From Planctomycetota bacterium (lineage in GTDB: Bacteria; Planctomycetota; B15-G4; SIAN01): a DNA stretch of 64,000 bases. The notes beneath the pieces are model-generated. The model was given only the letters and a program-made list of their open reading frames with translations. It had not been told where the DNA came from and made no database searches. A program made the translations under genes and the position numbers. Below are positions 18,515 to 28,206 of this stretch, piece by piece; the stretch's first letter is position 1; each line of letters opens with the position of its first letter. The DNA lies in contig JANNXA010000050.1 in assembly GCA_031409275.1 (NCBI GenBank), forward strand, positions 96,001-160,000, in the 5' to 3' direction.

Positions 18515-19222
18515 TCAGTCCGTCGCCGTCCCCTGCTGCTCTTCTCCGAGGAGCAGCGACATACGCACGAGCTCGGCAAGGCTGCCCGCTTCCATCTTCT
18601 TCATGACGTTCGCGCGGTGGACCTCGACGGTCTTCGGGCTGAGATGGAGCGACGACCCGACCAGCTTGTTGGGGTTGCCCTGCACCACGAGGTCCATCAC
18701 CTGCTTCTCGCGCGGAGTGAGGGTGGCGCGGCGACGACGGATTTCTTCGTGAGAGGTGCGCGAGCGGCGGCGACGCGCGTCTTCCGTCAGCGCAGCCTCG
18801 ATTCGATCGATCAGGATCTGGCCGCTGAAGGGCTTCTCGATGAAGTCGAACGCGCCTTGGCGCATCGCCTGCACGGCGACCGGCACATCGCCGTAGCCGG
18901 TGACGATCAAGATCGGCATCGCGATCTCGTCGGTGGCCAATCGCTGTTGCAGGGCGAGCCCGCTCATGCCAGGCATCCGGACATCGAGCACCAGGCAGCC
19001 GGCGCGATCGGGATTGGATCCTGCGAGGAACTCGGCGGCGGAGCTGAACGTCTCCACCCGATGACCGCTCGTTTCGAGCAGCTTGCGAATGAGCCGCAGC
19101 AGTGCCGGATCGTCGTCGACGACGTAGACCGCCGGATCGTTCGAGCGAACGACAGGATCGGATCCGGCGATGACCGATTTAGAAGGGCCGCCGCCAGGCA
19201 ACGGGCCGTCACGCATGCTCAT
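18515..19222 (-). CDS. FixJ/LuxR-family response regulator
   Basis: VYVVDDD, LVLDVRMPGMSG, VTGYGDV, DFIEKPF, LTPREKQV, LSPKTVEVHRANVMKKM. Start uncertain. Confidence 0.9.
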   Translation of the reverse strand: MSMRDGPLPGGGPSKSVIAGSDPVVRSNDPAVYVVDDDPALLRLIRKLLETSGHRVETFSSAAEFLAGSNPDRAGCLVLDVRMPGMSGLALQQRLATDEIAMPILIVTGYGDVPVAVQAMRQGAFDFIEKPFSGQILIDRIEAALTEDARRRRSRTSHEEIRRRRATLTPREKQVMDLVVQGNPNKLVGSSLHLSPKTVEVHRANVMKKMEAGSLAELVRMSLLLGEEQQGTATD

Positions 19223-19482
19223 GAACTGGTAGCTCCCGCCGAAACCAACACCCCCGCGTTGACTGCAGCACGCTATCCATCCGTGGATGCCAACGTTGCG
19301 TAGGGCGCCCGCAGACGATCGCAAAACGAGTACCGGCGTGAACCTGCGGACTTCGCCGACCGAAACCGGGATTCCCCTCATCGATGCGGAGTCGCGACGG
19401 ACTCCACCCGAAACGACGCCGACGTGTTACGAGTCGGCCGACCCGCAGCAACCATCGGCCGGCTCACCCAACGCGTCGCGGT

Positions 19483-21036
19483 TCACCCGAGCAATCGTTC
19501 GACCCATGCCCGCGGTCCCTGGAACGCGCTGCGCGCGAGGTAGTGCTCTACGCCGCGCAAACCGCCGAGTTCCTCGCCGCCGCCGGCACGACCGGGGCCG
19601 CCATGCAACAAGTCGGGCAGCACCATTCCCGGAGGCAGAGTGATGCCCTCGCTCTTGCTGTCGACGAGGCAAATGCGGCCGACCCACGGCGCGATCGCCT
19701 TCGCTACCGCGCCGCCCCATTCGCGGTCATCGGAATAGACACTGGTAACGAGCATTCCGCCGCCGCGCCGCACCAGCGCGACCGCGTCGGCCGCCGCACC
19801 GGAGTACGGGATCACGGTCGTCACTGGTCCAAAGATCTCATCGCGATGCGCCTCGTCGATCGCCTTCTCGCTCTTCGCGACGAAGACCATCGGACCGCAG
19901 AAGAACCCCTTGCCGGGCGCGATGTCGATCAGCGTCGCCGGTCGTTCCTCGCCAAACGCCACGTCGGCAACGGCGCGCATGCGCTTGCAGCCGGCGTGTA
20001 CATCTTGCATCTGCTGGCGCGTTGCCAACGGACCGACCTCGACGTCGCGGCTCGCCGGATGACCGACCTTGATGGCGCGCACCCGATCGACGAGTTCTTC
20101 GAGGAACGCCGCTAGGTGAGCCTGCGGGACCAGCACGCGCCGCGTCGCGGTGCATTTCTGGCCCGACTTCTCGGTCATCTCGCGCGCGACGTCGCGCAGC
20201 AGCGTCTGCCATGCCGAACTGCCGGGCTCGACGTCCGGCCCCATGACGGCCGCGTTCAAGCTGTCGGCCTCGACGTTCACTCGCACGCCATGTCGCAGCA
20301 GCGCCGGGATCGAGCGCACCGTCGTGCCGGTGCCGCTCGATCCGGTGAAGGCGACGGCGTCCTGCGGTCCCAACCGCTCGAGCAGCGGCGTCACCGTGCC
20401 GAGCAGCTGCTGGAACGCTCCGTCAGGAAGCACATTCGCCGCGACGAGCAGTTCGGCGAGTCGCGCCGCCGTCCACGCCGTCGCCGTCGCCGGCTTGTTG
20501 ATCACCGGCGCGCCGGCCAGCAGCGCGGTCGCCGCCTTCTCCGCGAAACCCCACGCCGGGAAGTTGAAGGCGTTGATGAAGATCGCGACCCCCTCGCGCG
20601 CCACGTAGAGATGGCGGCCTGCGAGCTTCGCGCCGCGACCGATCATGACCGGCTCGCCATCGGCGAGTTCGCGCGCGTCGCCGAGCTTCTTGCCGAGCTC
20701 CGCGTAGGCCTGCAGCGTTCCTGCCGCGCCGTCGATGTCGAACTTGGCGCCGCCGCGCGTCGTGCCACCGTTGGCGACCGACGTCTCGATCAGTTCGTCG
20801 CGATGGTCGGCGATCGTCGCCGCGAGCTTGCCGAGCAGTTCGCCGCGCTGCGCGAAGGTCAGCGCCCGCAAGGCTGGCCCGCCACGCGTACGCGCATGGT
20901 CGAGCACCGCCGCGAAGTCCACACCGCCGCAGCTCGCCTGCGCGCAGACCTCTTCGGTCGCAGGATTCAGCAACGGCACGAGTTCGCCCTTGCCGTGCGC
21001 AAAGGCACCGCAGACGTAGCTGGTCAGGGTCGGCAT
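19483..21036 (-). CDS. 3,4-dehydroadipyl-CoA semialdehyde dehydrogenase (BoxD)/PaaZ ALDH-domain-type enzyme
   Basis: FDIDG, INAFNFPAWG, KPATAT, FTGS, EADSLN, KSGQKCTA, EIFGPV, HGGPGRAGGGEELGGLRG; no C-terminal MaoC domain. Confidence 0.85.
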   Translation of the reverse strand: MPTLTSYVCGAFAHGKGELVPLLNPATEEVCAQASCGGVDFAAVLDHARTRGGPALRALTFAQRGELLGKLAATIADHRDELIETSVANGGTTRGGAKFDIDGAAGTLQAYAELGKKLGDARELADGEPVMIGRGAKLAGRHLYVAREGVAIFINAFNFPAWGFAEKAATALLAGAPVINKPATATAWTAARLAELLVAANVLPDGAFQQLLGTVTPLLERLGPQDAVAFTGSSGTGTTVRSIPALLRHGVRVNVEADSLNAAVMGPDVEPGSSAWQTLLRDVAREMTEKSGQKCTATRRVLVPQAHLAAFLEELVDRVRAIKVGHPASRDVEVGPLATRQQMQDVHAGCKRMRAVADVAFGEERPATLIDIAPGKGFFCGPMVFVAKSEKAIDEAHRDEIFGPVTTVIPYSGAAADAVALVRRGGGMLVTSVYSDDREWGGAVAKAIAPWVGRICLVDSKSEGITLPPGMVLPDLLHGGPGRAGGGEELGGLRGVEHYLARSAFQGPRAWVERLLG

Positions 21037-21086
21037 CGGTGGCTCCAGCGGGCGAAGAAGGGGCGGGGAGCTTAGCCTGCGGCGGC

Positions 21087-22118
21087 ATGGACGAACGCCT
21101 CGGGCCTCTCGCACGAAGCTTCACCGCCTGGTCGATCGATGCGCGCGACCACGAGTGCCCGCTCTACGAAGAGCTCGCGGCCCAGGTTGCGCGCGACGAA
21201 GAGATGCTGCGCCTCGCCGAGGAGGTCCGACGCCCCCCCGCGACGAACGTGCTTTTCGCCGCCGTCCACTTCCTGCTGCTCGGTGCGCCGCAAGATCCAA
21301 CCGCTCGCGAACTGGCCCGCTGGTACGGGAGCCTCGTCGCGACGCCGCTGCCGCCCGCGACGGCCTATCCAGCGTTCCGCGCCTTCGTGCTCGAACATCG
21401 AGCCGAACTGGTGCCGCTCCTCCACTCACGCATCACGCAGACGAACGAGACGCGCCGCGCCGCCTACCTGTTGCCGGCGTTCACCGCGATCCATCGCGCG
21501 AGCGGCGGCAGGGCCCTTGCGCTCATCGACATCGGCTGCAGCGCCGGCATCCACCTGCTGTGGGATCGGTTCGCCTACGACTACGGAAGCGCGCGCGCCG
21601 GAGACCCGAACGCGTCGGTCACGATTCGCTGCGAGTTGCGTGGCGCGCAGCCGCTGCCGCTCGACGACCGATTTCCGCTGTGTCCTTGGCGGCTGGGCAT
21701 CGACCTGAATCCGCTCGACCTCACCGATCCCGTCGAGCGCCGCTGGCTCGAATCGCTGATCTGGCCCGACCATGCCGGACGCCGCGCGCTCGCGAAGAGT
21801 GCCATCGCGCAACTGCTGGCCGACCCGCCACGCATCGTCCGTGGCGACGCCGTCGTGGTCCTGGCACGTGAGCTCGAAGCGGTTCCGCCCGAACTCGAGC
21901 TCGTCGTCTACCACTGCCACGCGCTGTGCCAGGCGCTCGCCGAGGAGATCGCCGCTTTCGGCGCGACCCTGCTCGCCCATTCGAGTCGCCGCCGCGTCCA
22001 TTGGCTCGCGTGCGAGGCGGACGAGGTGATCCTGCGCTCGCTCGACCACGGCACGACGGTCGAGCGCCTGCTGGCGAAGAAGGATGGCCACGGCCGCTGG
22101 ATCGAGTGGAAGTCGTGA
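21087..22118 (+). CDS. DUF2332 family protein
   Basis: CPLYEEL, LFAAVHFLL, TQTNETRR, LIDIGCSAGIHLLWDRF, GIDLNPLD, WLESLIWPD, DGHGRWIEW. Confidence 0.8.
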   Translation: MDERLGPLARSFTAWSIDARDHECPLYEELAAQVARDEEMLRLAEEVRRPPATNVLFAAVHFLLLGAPQDPTARELARWYGSLVATPLPPATAYPAFRAFVLEHRAELVPLLHSRITQTNETRRAAYLLPAFTAIHRASGGRALALIDIGCSAGIHLLWDRFAYDYGSARAGDPNASVTIRCELRGAQPLPLDDRFPLCPWRLGIDLNPLDLTDPVERRWLESLIWPDHAGRRALAKSAIAQLLADPPRIVRGDAVVVLARELEAVPPELELVVYHCHALCQALAEEIAAFGATLLAHSSRRRVHWLACEADEVILRSLDHGTTVERLLAKKDGHGRWIEWKS

Positions 22119-22124
22119 AGCGAG

Positions 22125-22721
22125 TCAGTTGAAGCGTCGTGGATCGTCGAGCCAGGGATCGGTCGCGACGTCGGACTCGATCAGCCGCGCGATGATCGCC
22201 TCGCGCTGCGCGCGTGACTCGCAGACGACGACGACGCTCTCCGTCGGCGCATCGTCGGCACGTGCGAACGCGATGATGACGTCGCATTCGTCGGAACGCC
22301 GCCAGGCACGCGCGCGCGGCCACGGCCAGAAGCGACTGCGCCCGCGGTAGCGCAACTCGAGCGCGCCGTGCCAAACGGCCAACGACCCGCGCGACTCCCG
22401 CCAGGCAAGGCGACCGAAGAAGCACGACGCCGGCGCCAGCAGAAAGAGCGCCACGAGGACGACCGGCAGCGGAACGGTCTCGCCATCGCGGTCCGCATCC
22501 GATCGCCGCGCCGCCGACGCCCAAGGCCGCGCGGCGTCCGTCAGATGGCGCCACAACACCCACGCGGCTGGAACGCCAAGGACGAGGCACGCGAGCGCCA
22601 TCGTCGCCGCCCGCGCTCGTGAACCACCCAGCGCGAACAGTCGCGCTCCGAGCCGGCCACGGGCTGGCGACGGCCCCGCGCGCCACCCTTCCGACGGTTC
22701 CGACGGCTCGTCTCGGTCCAC
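22125..22721 (-). CDS. Hypothetical membrane protein (two TM segments)
   Basis: Hydrophobic segments MALACLVLGVPAAWVLW and VPLPVVLVALFLLAPASCFFG; fills the gap below ahcY. Start uncertain. Confidence 0.45.
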   Translation of the reverse strand: MDRDEPSEPSEGWRAGPSPARGRLGARLFALGGSRARAATMALACLVLGVPAAWVLWRHLTDAARPWASAARRSDADRDGETVPLPVVLVALFLLAPASCFFGRLAWRESRGSLAVWHGALELRYRGRSRFWPWPRARAWRRSDECDVIIAFARADDAPTESVVVVCESRAQREAIIARLIESDVATDPWLDDPRRFN

Positions 22722-22881
22722 CCGTCGCTCCCCGCCCGCCTCGTGGCGCACGCCGCCGCTCGCTGCCGGCCGGCTCGCTCCTCGGCCAACCTCCCCGCGG
22801 ATTGAGCTGCCGGGCGACCGCCAATCGCTCGCGCGACGACGTCTCGCCCGGTCAGCTCCAATCCGCGCTCGAGCGCCTCTC

Positions 22882-24201
22882 TCAGTAGCGGTACCAATCA
22901 CTCTTGTACGGCCCCTGGAGCGGCACGCCGAGGTACTTCGCCTGCTCCTCGCTGAGCTTGCTGAGCTTCACGCCGAGCTTGCCGAGGTGCAGACGGGCGA
23001 CCTCTTCGTCGAGCGTCTTCGGCAGCTTGTGGACACCGACCGCGAGTGGCGGCTTCTGCTGCCACAGCGCGAGTTGCGCCATGACCTGGTTGGTGAAGCT
23101 CGCCGACATGACGAAGCTCGGATGGCCGGTCGCGCAACCGAGGTTCATCAAGCGGCCGCGCGCGAGCAGGATGAGGCTCTTGCCGTTCTTCAAGAAGAAG
23201 CGGTCGACCTGCGGCTTGATCTCTTCTTCGCGCTGGCAGTTCGTCTCCAACCACTTGACATCGATCTCGATGTCGAAGTGGCCGATGTTGCAGACGATCA
23301 CGTTGTCCTTCATCGCCAGCAGGTGGTCGCCGGTGATGACGCCCTTGCAGCCCGTGGTCGTGACGAAGATGTCGCCCTCACGGACGGCGTCCTCCATCGT
23401 GGTGACCTCGTAGCCCTCCATCGCCGCCTGCAGCGCGCAGATCGGGTCGATCTCGGTGATCAGGACGCGCGCCCCGAAGCCTCGCATCGACTGCGCGCAG
23501 CCCTTGCCGACGTCGCCGTAGCCGGCGATGACGACGACCTTGCCGGCGACCATCACGCCGGTGGCGCGCTTCAGACCGTCGGCGAGCGACTCGCGGCAGC
23601 CGTAGAGGTTGTCGAACTTGCTCTTGGTCACCGAGTCGTTGACGTTGATGGCCGGGACCTTGAGCAGCCCCTTCTCGTGCGCCTGATAGAGGCGATGAAC
23701 TCCCGTCGTCGTCTCTTCGCTGACGCCTCGCAGCTCCTTCAGCAGGTGCGGCATCTTCTGGTGCACCATCCACGTGAGGTCGCCGCCGTCATCGAGCAGG
23801 AGGTTCGGCCCCTTGCCGCCGGCGAACTTGAGCGACTCCTCGATGCACCAGTCGTACTCCGCTTCCGTCTCGCCCTTCCAGGCGAAGACCGGGATGCCGC
23901 GCGCGGCGATCGCGGCGGCCGCGTGATCCTCGGTCGAGAAGATGTTGCAGCTGCTCCAGCGCACGTCGGCGCCAAGATCGACGAGCGCCTCGATCAGGAT
24001 CGCGGTCTCGATGGTCATGTGCAGGCAACCGGCGATGCGCGCGCCGGCGAGCGGCTTGCTCTTGCCGTACTTGGCGCGCAACGACATCAGGCCGGGCATC
24101 TCCGGCTCGGAGATCTCGATCTCCTTGCGGCCGGCTGCCGCGAGCGACAGGTCCTTCACCTTGAAGTCCGTGAACTTCGGATCCATGACGAGCGGATTCA
24201 T
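22882..24201 (-). CDS. ahcY: Adenosylhomocysteinase (SAH hydrolase)
   Basis: [76 protein letters not shown]. Confidence 0.98.
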   Translation of the reverse strand: MNPLVMDPKFTDFKVKDLSLAAAGRKEIEISEPEMPGLMSLRAKYGKSKPLAGARIAGCLHMTIETAILIEALVDLGADVRWSSCNIFSTEDHAAAAIAARGIPVFAWKGETEAEYDWCIEESLKFAGGKGPNLLLDDGGDLTWMVHQKMPHLLKELRGVSEETTTGVHRLYQAHEKGLLKVPAINVNDSVTKSKFDNLYGCRESLADGLKRATGVMVAGKVVVIAGYGDVGKGCAQSMRGFGARVLITEIDPICALQAAMEGYEVTTMEDAVREGDIFVTTTGCKGVITGDHLLAMKDNVIVCNIGHFDIEIDVKWLETNCQREEEIKPQVDRFFLKNGKSLILLARGRLMNLGCATGHPSFVMSASFTNQVMAQLALWQQKPPLAVGVHKLPKTLDEEVARLHLGKLGVKLSKLSEEQAKYLGVPLQGPYKSDWYRY

Positions 24202-24237
24202 CGCGACTCTCTCCAGTTTGGGCTTCCGGAGCTTGCG

Positions 24238-25257
24238 CTACGGGAGCTCCGGGATTTGGCGGATCGATGCGGGCAGGCCGCGCGCCGCGTCGTTCGCGGC
24301 GTTCTGCGGCACCCGTGCGTGGATCAGGAAAAGCGGCAACGCGACGCGCCGGCCGCCGGGCGCCTCGACGACGTAGGCGTCTTCGACGCGATCGACGGCG
24401 ACGTCGACGAAGCCCGCCTTCTCGGCGCGGCTCTTCAGGTCGGTGGCGTCGAGACCGAGCTTCAAGTCGGCCATCGTCTCGCCCATCCACGCTTCCTTGT
24501 GCGGAAGGAGGTCGGTGATGACGAGACGACCGCCCGGCTTGAGCGCGCGGCGCATGTCGCGCAGCGCGGCGAAGAGGTCGGGGACGTGGTGAAGGACGAG
24601 GCTCGCGAAGATCGCGTCGACCTCGCCATCGGCGAGCGGCAGATGGTCGAGTTCGCCCTGGCGCAGTTCGACGTGGGCGAGGTGGTCGGCCAGGTTCTCG
24701 CGAGCGCGCGCCAGCATCGCGCTCGAGTGGTCGATGGCGATGACGCGGTCGACGACGCGCACCAGCGCGCGCGCCATGTAGCCCGTGCCGCAGCCGACGT
24801 CGGCCACGACGAGGCCGGGCGCGACCAGGCAAGCGAGCGCCCGCCAACGCGCCAGCCCTCGCTCGAACGCGCTGCCGACCATGTCCCATTCGGGCGCGAC
24901 ACGATCGAAGAAGGCGCGGCTCTTGTTGCGCCGCGCTTCCAGAACTGCCCCGAGCCGGGAGAGGTCGTCGGCGCGCCCGTCGATCGCCGCCAGCCGGCTC
25001 TCGATCGCCGCCCACAAGTCGTCGGGCAGCGCTTCGCCGCGCGCCAGCTGAACGAGCACGTGCGCGCCCTCGCGCCGCTCGTCGAGGAGTTGCGCCTCGC
25101 GCAGCACCTTCAGGTGGTTGCTGACGCGCGATTGCGACATCGCCACGGCGCGCGCCAGCTCTCCGACGGCCAGCTCTTCGCGCGCCAACAGGCCGAGCAG
25201 GCGCAGGCGGGTCGGGTCGGCGAGGATCTTCAGGAGGCTGGTCAGCGGGGCGGTCAC
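24238..25257 (-). CDS. sahR: ArsR-HTH plus methyltransferase-fold regulator (SahR/SamR-type)
   Basis: LKILADPTRLRLL, SQSRVSNHLKVLREA, then VADVGCGTG and SLVLHH; directly upstream of ahcY. Confidence 0.85.
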   Translation of the reverse strand: MTAPLTSLLKILADPTRLRLLGLLAREELAVGELARAVAMSQSRVSNHLKVLREAQLLDERREGAHVLVQLARGEALPDDLWAAIESRLAAIDGRADDLSRLGAVLEARRNKSRAFFDRVAPEWDMVGSAFERGLARWRALACLVAPGLVVADVGCGTGYMARALVRVVDRVIAIDHSSAMLARARENLADHLAHVELRQGELDHLPLADGEVDAIFASLVLHHVPDLFAALRDMRRALKPGGRLVITDLLPHKEAWMGETMADLKLGLDATDLKSRAEKAGFVDVAVDRVEDAYVVEAPGGRRVALPLFLIHARVPQNAANDAARGLPASIRQIPELP

Positions 25258-25260
25258 GAT

Positions 25261-25296
25261 TGATGAATCATGACTTCATGACTTGATGATGCAATA
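25261..25296 (-). promoter_or_regulatory. Putative sahR-ahcY promoter with overlapping palindromic operator
   Basis: AT-rich island; minus strand reads TTGCAT-N16-CATGAT, ending 9 nt before the GTG; imperfect palindrome ATCAAG-N9-CATGAT. Confidence 0.65.
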
Positions 25297-25375
25297 GGCG
25301 GGTTGTCGGAACGAACGCCCTCTCAACTTGCCCCGCCCAGGAGAGCCGGCCTCTTATGAGTTCGATATCCGAACA

Positions 25376-27352
25376 TCAGCGGCGGTGAGAATCGAACCAG
25401 GCGATCGTCCGCTCGATCCAGCGCGTCTGCGCCGCTCGCCCGCGGAACAGGTGCCCCTCGTCGTGCTCGATCACCAGTTCGCACACTCGTCCCGCGACGC
25501 GCAGGGCGCGCTCGAGCAGGACGCTCTGTTCGAGCGGCACCCGTCGGTCGCGCCCACCGTGGAAGAGCAACAGCGGGGTGTCGATCGCATGGCACTGGCA
25601 AAGTGGCGAGCGCTCTTCGTAGCGCCGCGACGACTCCGCCGGCGCACCGCCGAGGCCGAGCAGCGCGAGCTGCGGCAGGTCGCTCGTCGCGGCGAACCGA
25701 CGCCAATCGCTGACCCCCGCCGACGCGGCCGCCGCCGCGAAACGCGAGCTTTGCGCGATGGCGAGCTCGGTGAGGAAGCCTCCGTAGCTGTGGCCGAGCA
25801 GGTAGAGGCGGCTCGGATCGACTTGTCCTTGCTCGACCAGCGCAACGACGACGGCATCGAGGTCGTCGAGTTCGCGCCCACCGAAGTCGCCGCGATTGGC
25901 GTCGCTGAAGATCGTCGAGTAGCCGGCCGATCCGCGCAAGTTCGGCGCGCAGACCGCGAAGCCGGCGGACGCAAAGGCCTGCGCATAGCCGTCGTTGAAG
26001 CGCGCCGTCTGGCGCCCGTTGCTGCCGCCATGCAGCAGGAAGAGCGTCGGCCACGGCGCCGGTGTCGGAGGCGTGAGCCAAAGCGCTTCACAAGCCTCCG
26101 CCTCCGGCATCGCCACGCGGATCGACTCCGCACGCGCGAGCGATCGTCGCGCCAGCGCCGCGTTGGGCTCGGCGAGGAGCGACGTTTCCCAATCGCGGCT
26201 CGATCCGCTGACCAGCCGTTCCGGGCATCCCGGCGTCGACTCGACCGCCACGAACGTCCCGTTCCGAGCGAGGTCGAACCACTGCCAGGAGCGGAGTCCC
26301 GCGGTGACGAAGCGCGCCGTCGGCGGCTCGCAGCCACGCCCTTCCGGTTCGATGACGACGACATGGTCCGCGAGCCCGTGCTGCGTGACGGTCACGACGC
26401 GGCCGCTCGCATCGACGCAGAGCCGTTCGCGAAAGCCGAGCACGCCATCCCCCAGCGACAGCGGCTGCGATCGCGTCAGGTTGCGCTGCAATCCCGACTC
26501 GAGGTCGAAGCGCACCAGGTCGCGCTTGCCGGGATGCAAGAGCGTCGGCGCCGACCACCACGCGCAGTGGAGTTGGTTCGAGTCGGCGTCGAACGCGGGA
26601 CGACTGGCGATGCCGCTGCCGTCGCTCAGGCAGCGCAGCGCCCCCGTCGCGAGGTCTGCGACGTAGAGATCGAGCGGCTCCCCCTCGGGAGATCCGCGTG
26701 GACGCTCGGTCGCGATGAGCGCCAATCTGCGCCCATCGGGCGAAAGGACCGCGTCCTCGATGGTGAGGCTTCCGAAGTCGAGCAGCGTCTCGCCCAGCTC
26801 GCGCGTCGCGAGATCGGCGCGAGAGAGTCGCGCCGTGCGGAAGCCTGGCCCCTCGACGACGTGCAGCACCAGCAACTCCTCGACGCCGCCGCGCGCGCGC
26901 CAGAAGAGCTCGAAGACTCCGCGCGACTCGTCGGGGAAGAGCGCAAGGCGGGCCGGCTCGTCGTCGGGAGCGATCCACACCTCTGCCTGCGGAGGCGCCC
27001 GCAGCACGAACGCGGCGCGACCGTCGCGAGCCCACGCGACGTCGCCGAGCGCCGTGTTCGCCAGGACCAGCGGCGGCTGCGCTTCGCCGGCGGCTCGCGT
27101 GAGGCGGTGATCGACCACGCGCAGCTCGGTGCCGGTGACGCCGTCGACCTCGAAGCTGAGCACGCGAGCGCCGTCGGGCCGCAGCGAAAGGGCACGGTAG
27201 TAGGTGCGGGAGAACAGCTCGGCGGGTGTCGGCGGCGGGCCGATCGCTCCGTCGACGGGCGCCCCATCGGCGCTCGCGGCCTCCATCCACCCGATCGTGA
27301 GCCCGCAGGCCAGCGCCCATTCGAGCCGTCGACTCGTCCGCGATCGCTGCAT
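25376..27352 (-). CDS. S9 family (prolyl oligopeptidase/acylaminoacyl peptidase) secreted peptidase
   Basis: PD40/TolB-like propeller (LSPDGRRLA), LLHGGS, NLRGSAGY, GHSYGG, HGGRDRRVP, EGH; SD GAGGAG. Confidence 0.88.
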   Translation of the reverse strand: MQRSRTSRRLEWALACGLTIGWMEAASADGAPVDGAIGPPPTPAELFSRTYYRALSLRPDGARVLSFEVDGVTGTELRVVDHRLTRAAGEAQPPLVLANTALGDVAWARDGRAAFVLRAPPQAEVWIAPDDEPARLALFPDESRGVFELFWRARGGVEELLVLHVVEGPGFRTARLSRADLATRELGETLLDFGSLTIEDAVLSPDGRRLALIATERPRGSPEGEPLDLYVADLATGALRCLSDGSGIASRPAFDADSNQLHCAWWSAPTLLHPGKRDLVRFDLESGLQRNLTRSQPLSLGDGVLGFRERLCVDASGRVVTVTQHGLADHVVVIEPEGRGCEPPTARFVTAGLRSWQWFDLARNGTFVAVESTPGCPERLVSGSSRDWETSLLAEPNAALARRSLARAESIRVAMPEAEACEALWLTPPTPAPWPTLFLLHGGSNGRQTARFNDGYAQAFASAGFAVCAPNLRGSAGYSTIFSDANRGDFGGRELDDLDAVVVALVEQGQVDPSRLYLLGHSYGGFLTELAIAQSSRFAAAAASAGVSDWRRFAATSDLPQLALLGLGGAPAESSRRYEERSPLCQCHAIDTPLLLFHGGRDRRVPLEQSVLLERALRVAGRVCELVIEHDEGHLFRGRAAQTRWIERTIAWFDSHRR

Positions 27353-27432
27353 GCGCTTGCACTCCTCGCCCGCGCGTCCCAAGGTAGCGCGGCGCCGCGG
27401 GCGGTGCGCCGCGCGCGTTCCTGAGGACTTTC

Positions 27433-28206
27433 TTGCGCTACGTGATCGAACTCGACGACAGCGAGCCGCTCGCGCTCGATGCGACGCCCGCGCGCGGTGA
27501 CGCGCCGCTGGTGCTCTACCTGCATGGGCTCGGTTCGCATCGCGGCGGCACCAAGGCGACCTACCTCGAACAGGAACTGACTGCGCGCGGATTCGGTTTC
27601 GCGCGTTTCGACTTCCGCGGCCACGGCGAGTCGGGAGGAAGCTTCGACGAGCTGTCGATGTCACGTCAGCTTGCCGACGTCGCGGCGGTGGTTTCCGAGC
27701 TGGCGAGCGGCCGCGCCGGGACGCCGCCACGCGCGCTGCTGCTCGTCGGCGCATCGCTCGGCGGGTTGATCGCCGCGTGGCACGCCCTGCTCGCGCCCGA
27801 GCGACCGTTGCCGATCCTCGGCCAGGTGCTGATCGCGCCGGCGTTTCGGCTGCTCGAGCGCTACCTCGCCGCGGTCGGACCCGACGGTCGCGCACGCTGG
27901 GAGCGCGAGGGGCGCCACCACTTCGTCGGTCCCTGGTTCGAGTTCGACCTGCGCTGGCAAGCCGTCCTCGACGCGCAGCGCTACCCTCATCAGCGCTTGC
28001 TCGACGAGTCGCGAGTCCCGCTGCTGCTGATCCATGGCACCGCGGACGAGACGACCCCCGTGCAAGTCAGCGAGGAGTTCGCGCGTCAGTGCGTCCCCCA
28101 GCGCCCGCGGCTGGTGACGATCGCGGGCGGCGACCACCGACTGACCGCGCACCGTGAACGACTGCGCGACCTGATCCTCGAGTTCGCGCAAGGAGTGGTT
28201 CGATGA
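27433..28206 (+). CDS. Alpha/beta hydrolase
   Basis: YLHGLGS, RFDFRGHGES, GASLGG, IHGTADE, GGDHRL. Confidence 0.88.
   Translation: MRYVIELDDSEPLALDATPARGDAPLVLYLHGLGSHRGGTKATYLEQELTARGFGFARFDFRGHGESGGSFDELSMSRQLADVAAVVSELASGRAGTPPRALLLVGASLGGLIAAWHALLAPERPLPILGQVLIAPAFRLLERYLAAVGPDGRARWEREGRHHFVGPWFEFDLRWQAVLDAQRYPHQRLLDESRVPLLLIHGTADETTPVQVSEEFARQCVPQRPRLVTIAGGDHRLTAHRERLRDLILEFAQGVVR

Noticed and set aside
24202..25375. SAH/SAM riboswitch for ahcY
   Set aside because: There is little room and no recognisable structure; a protein regulator with an operator-like dyad explains control.
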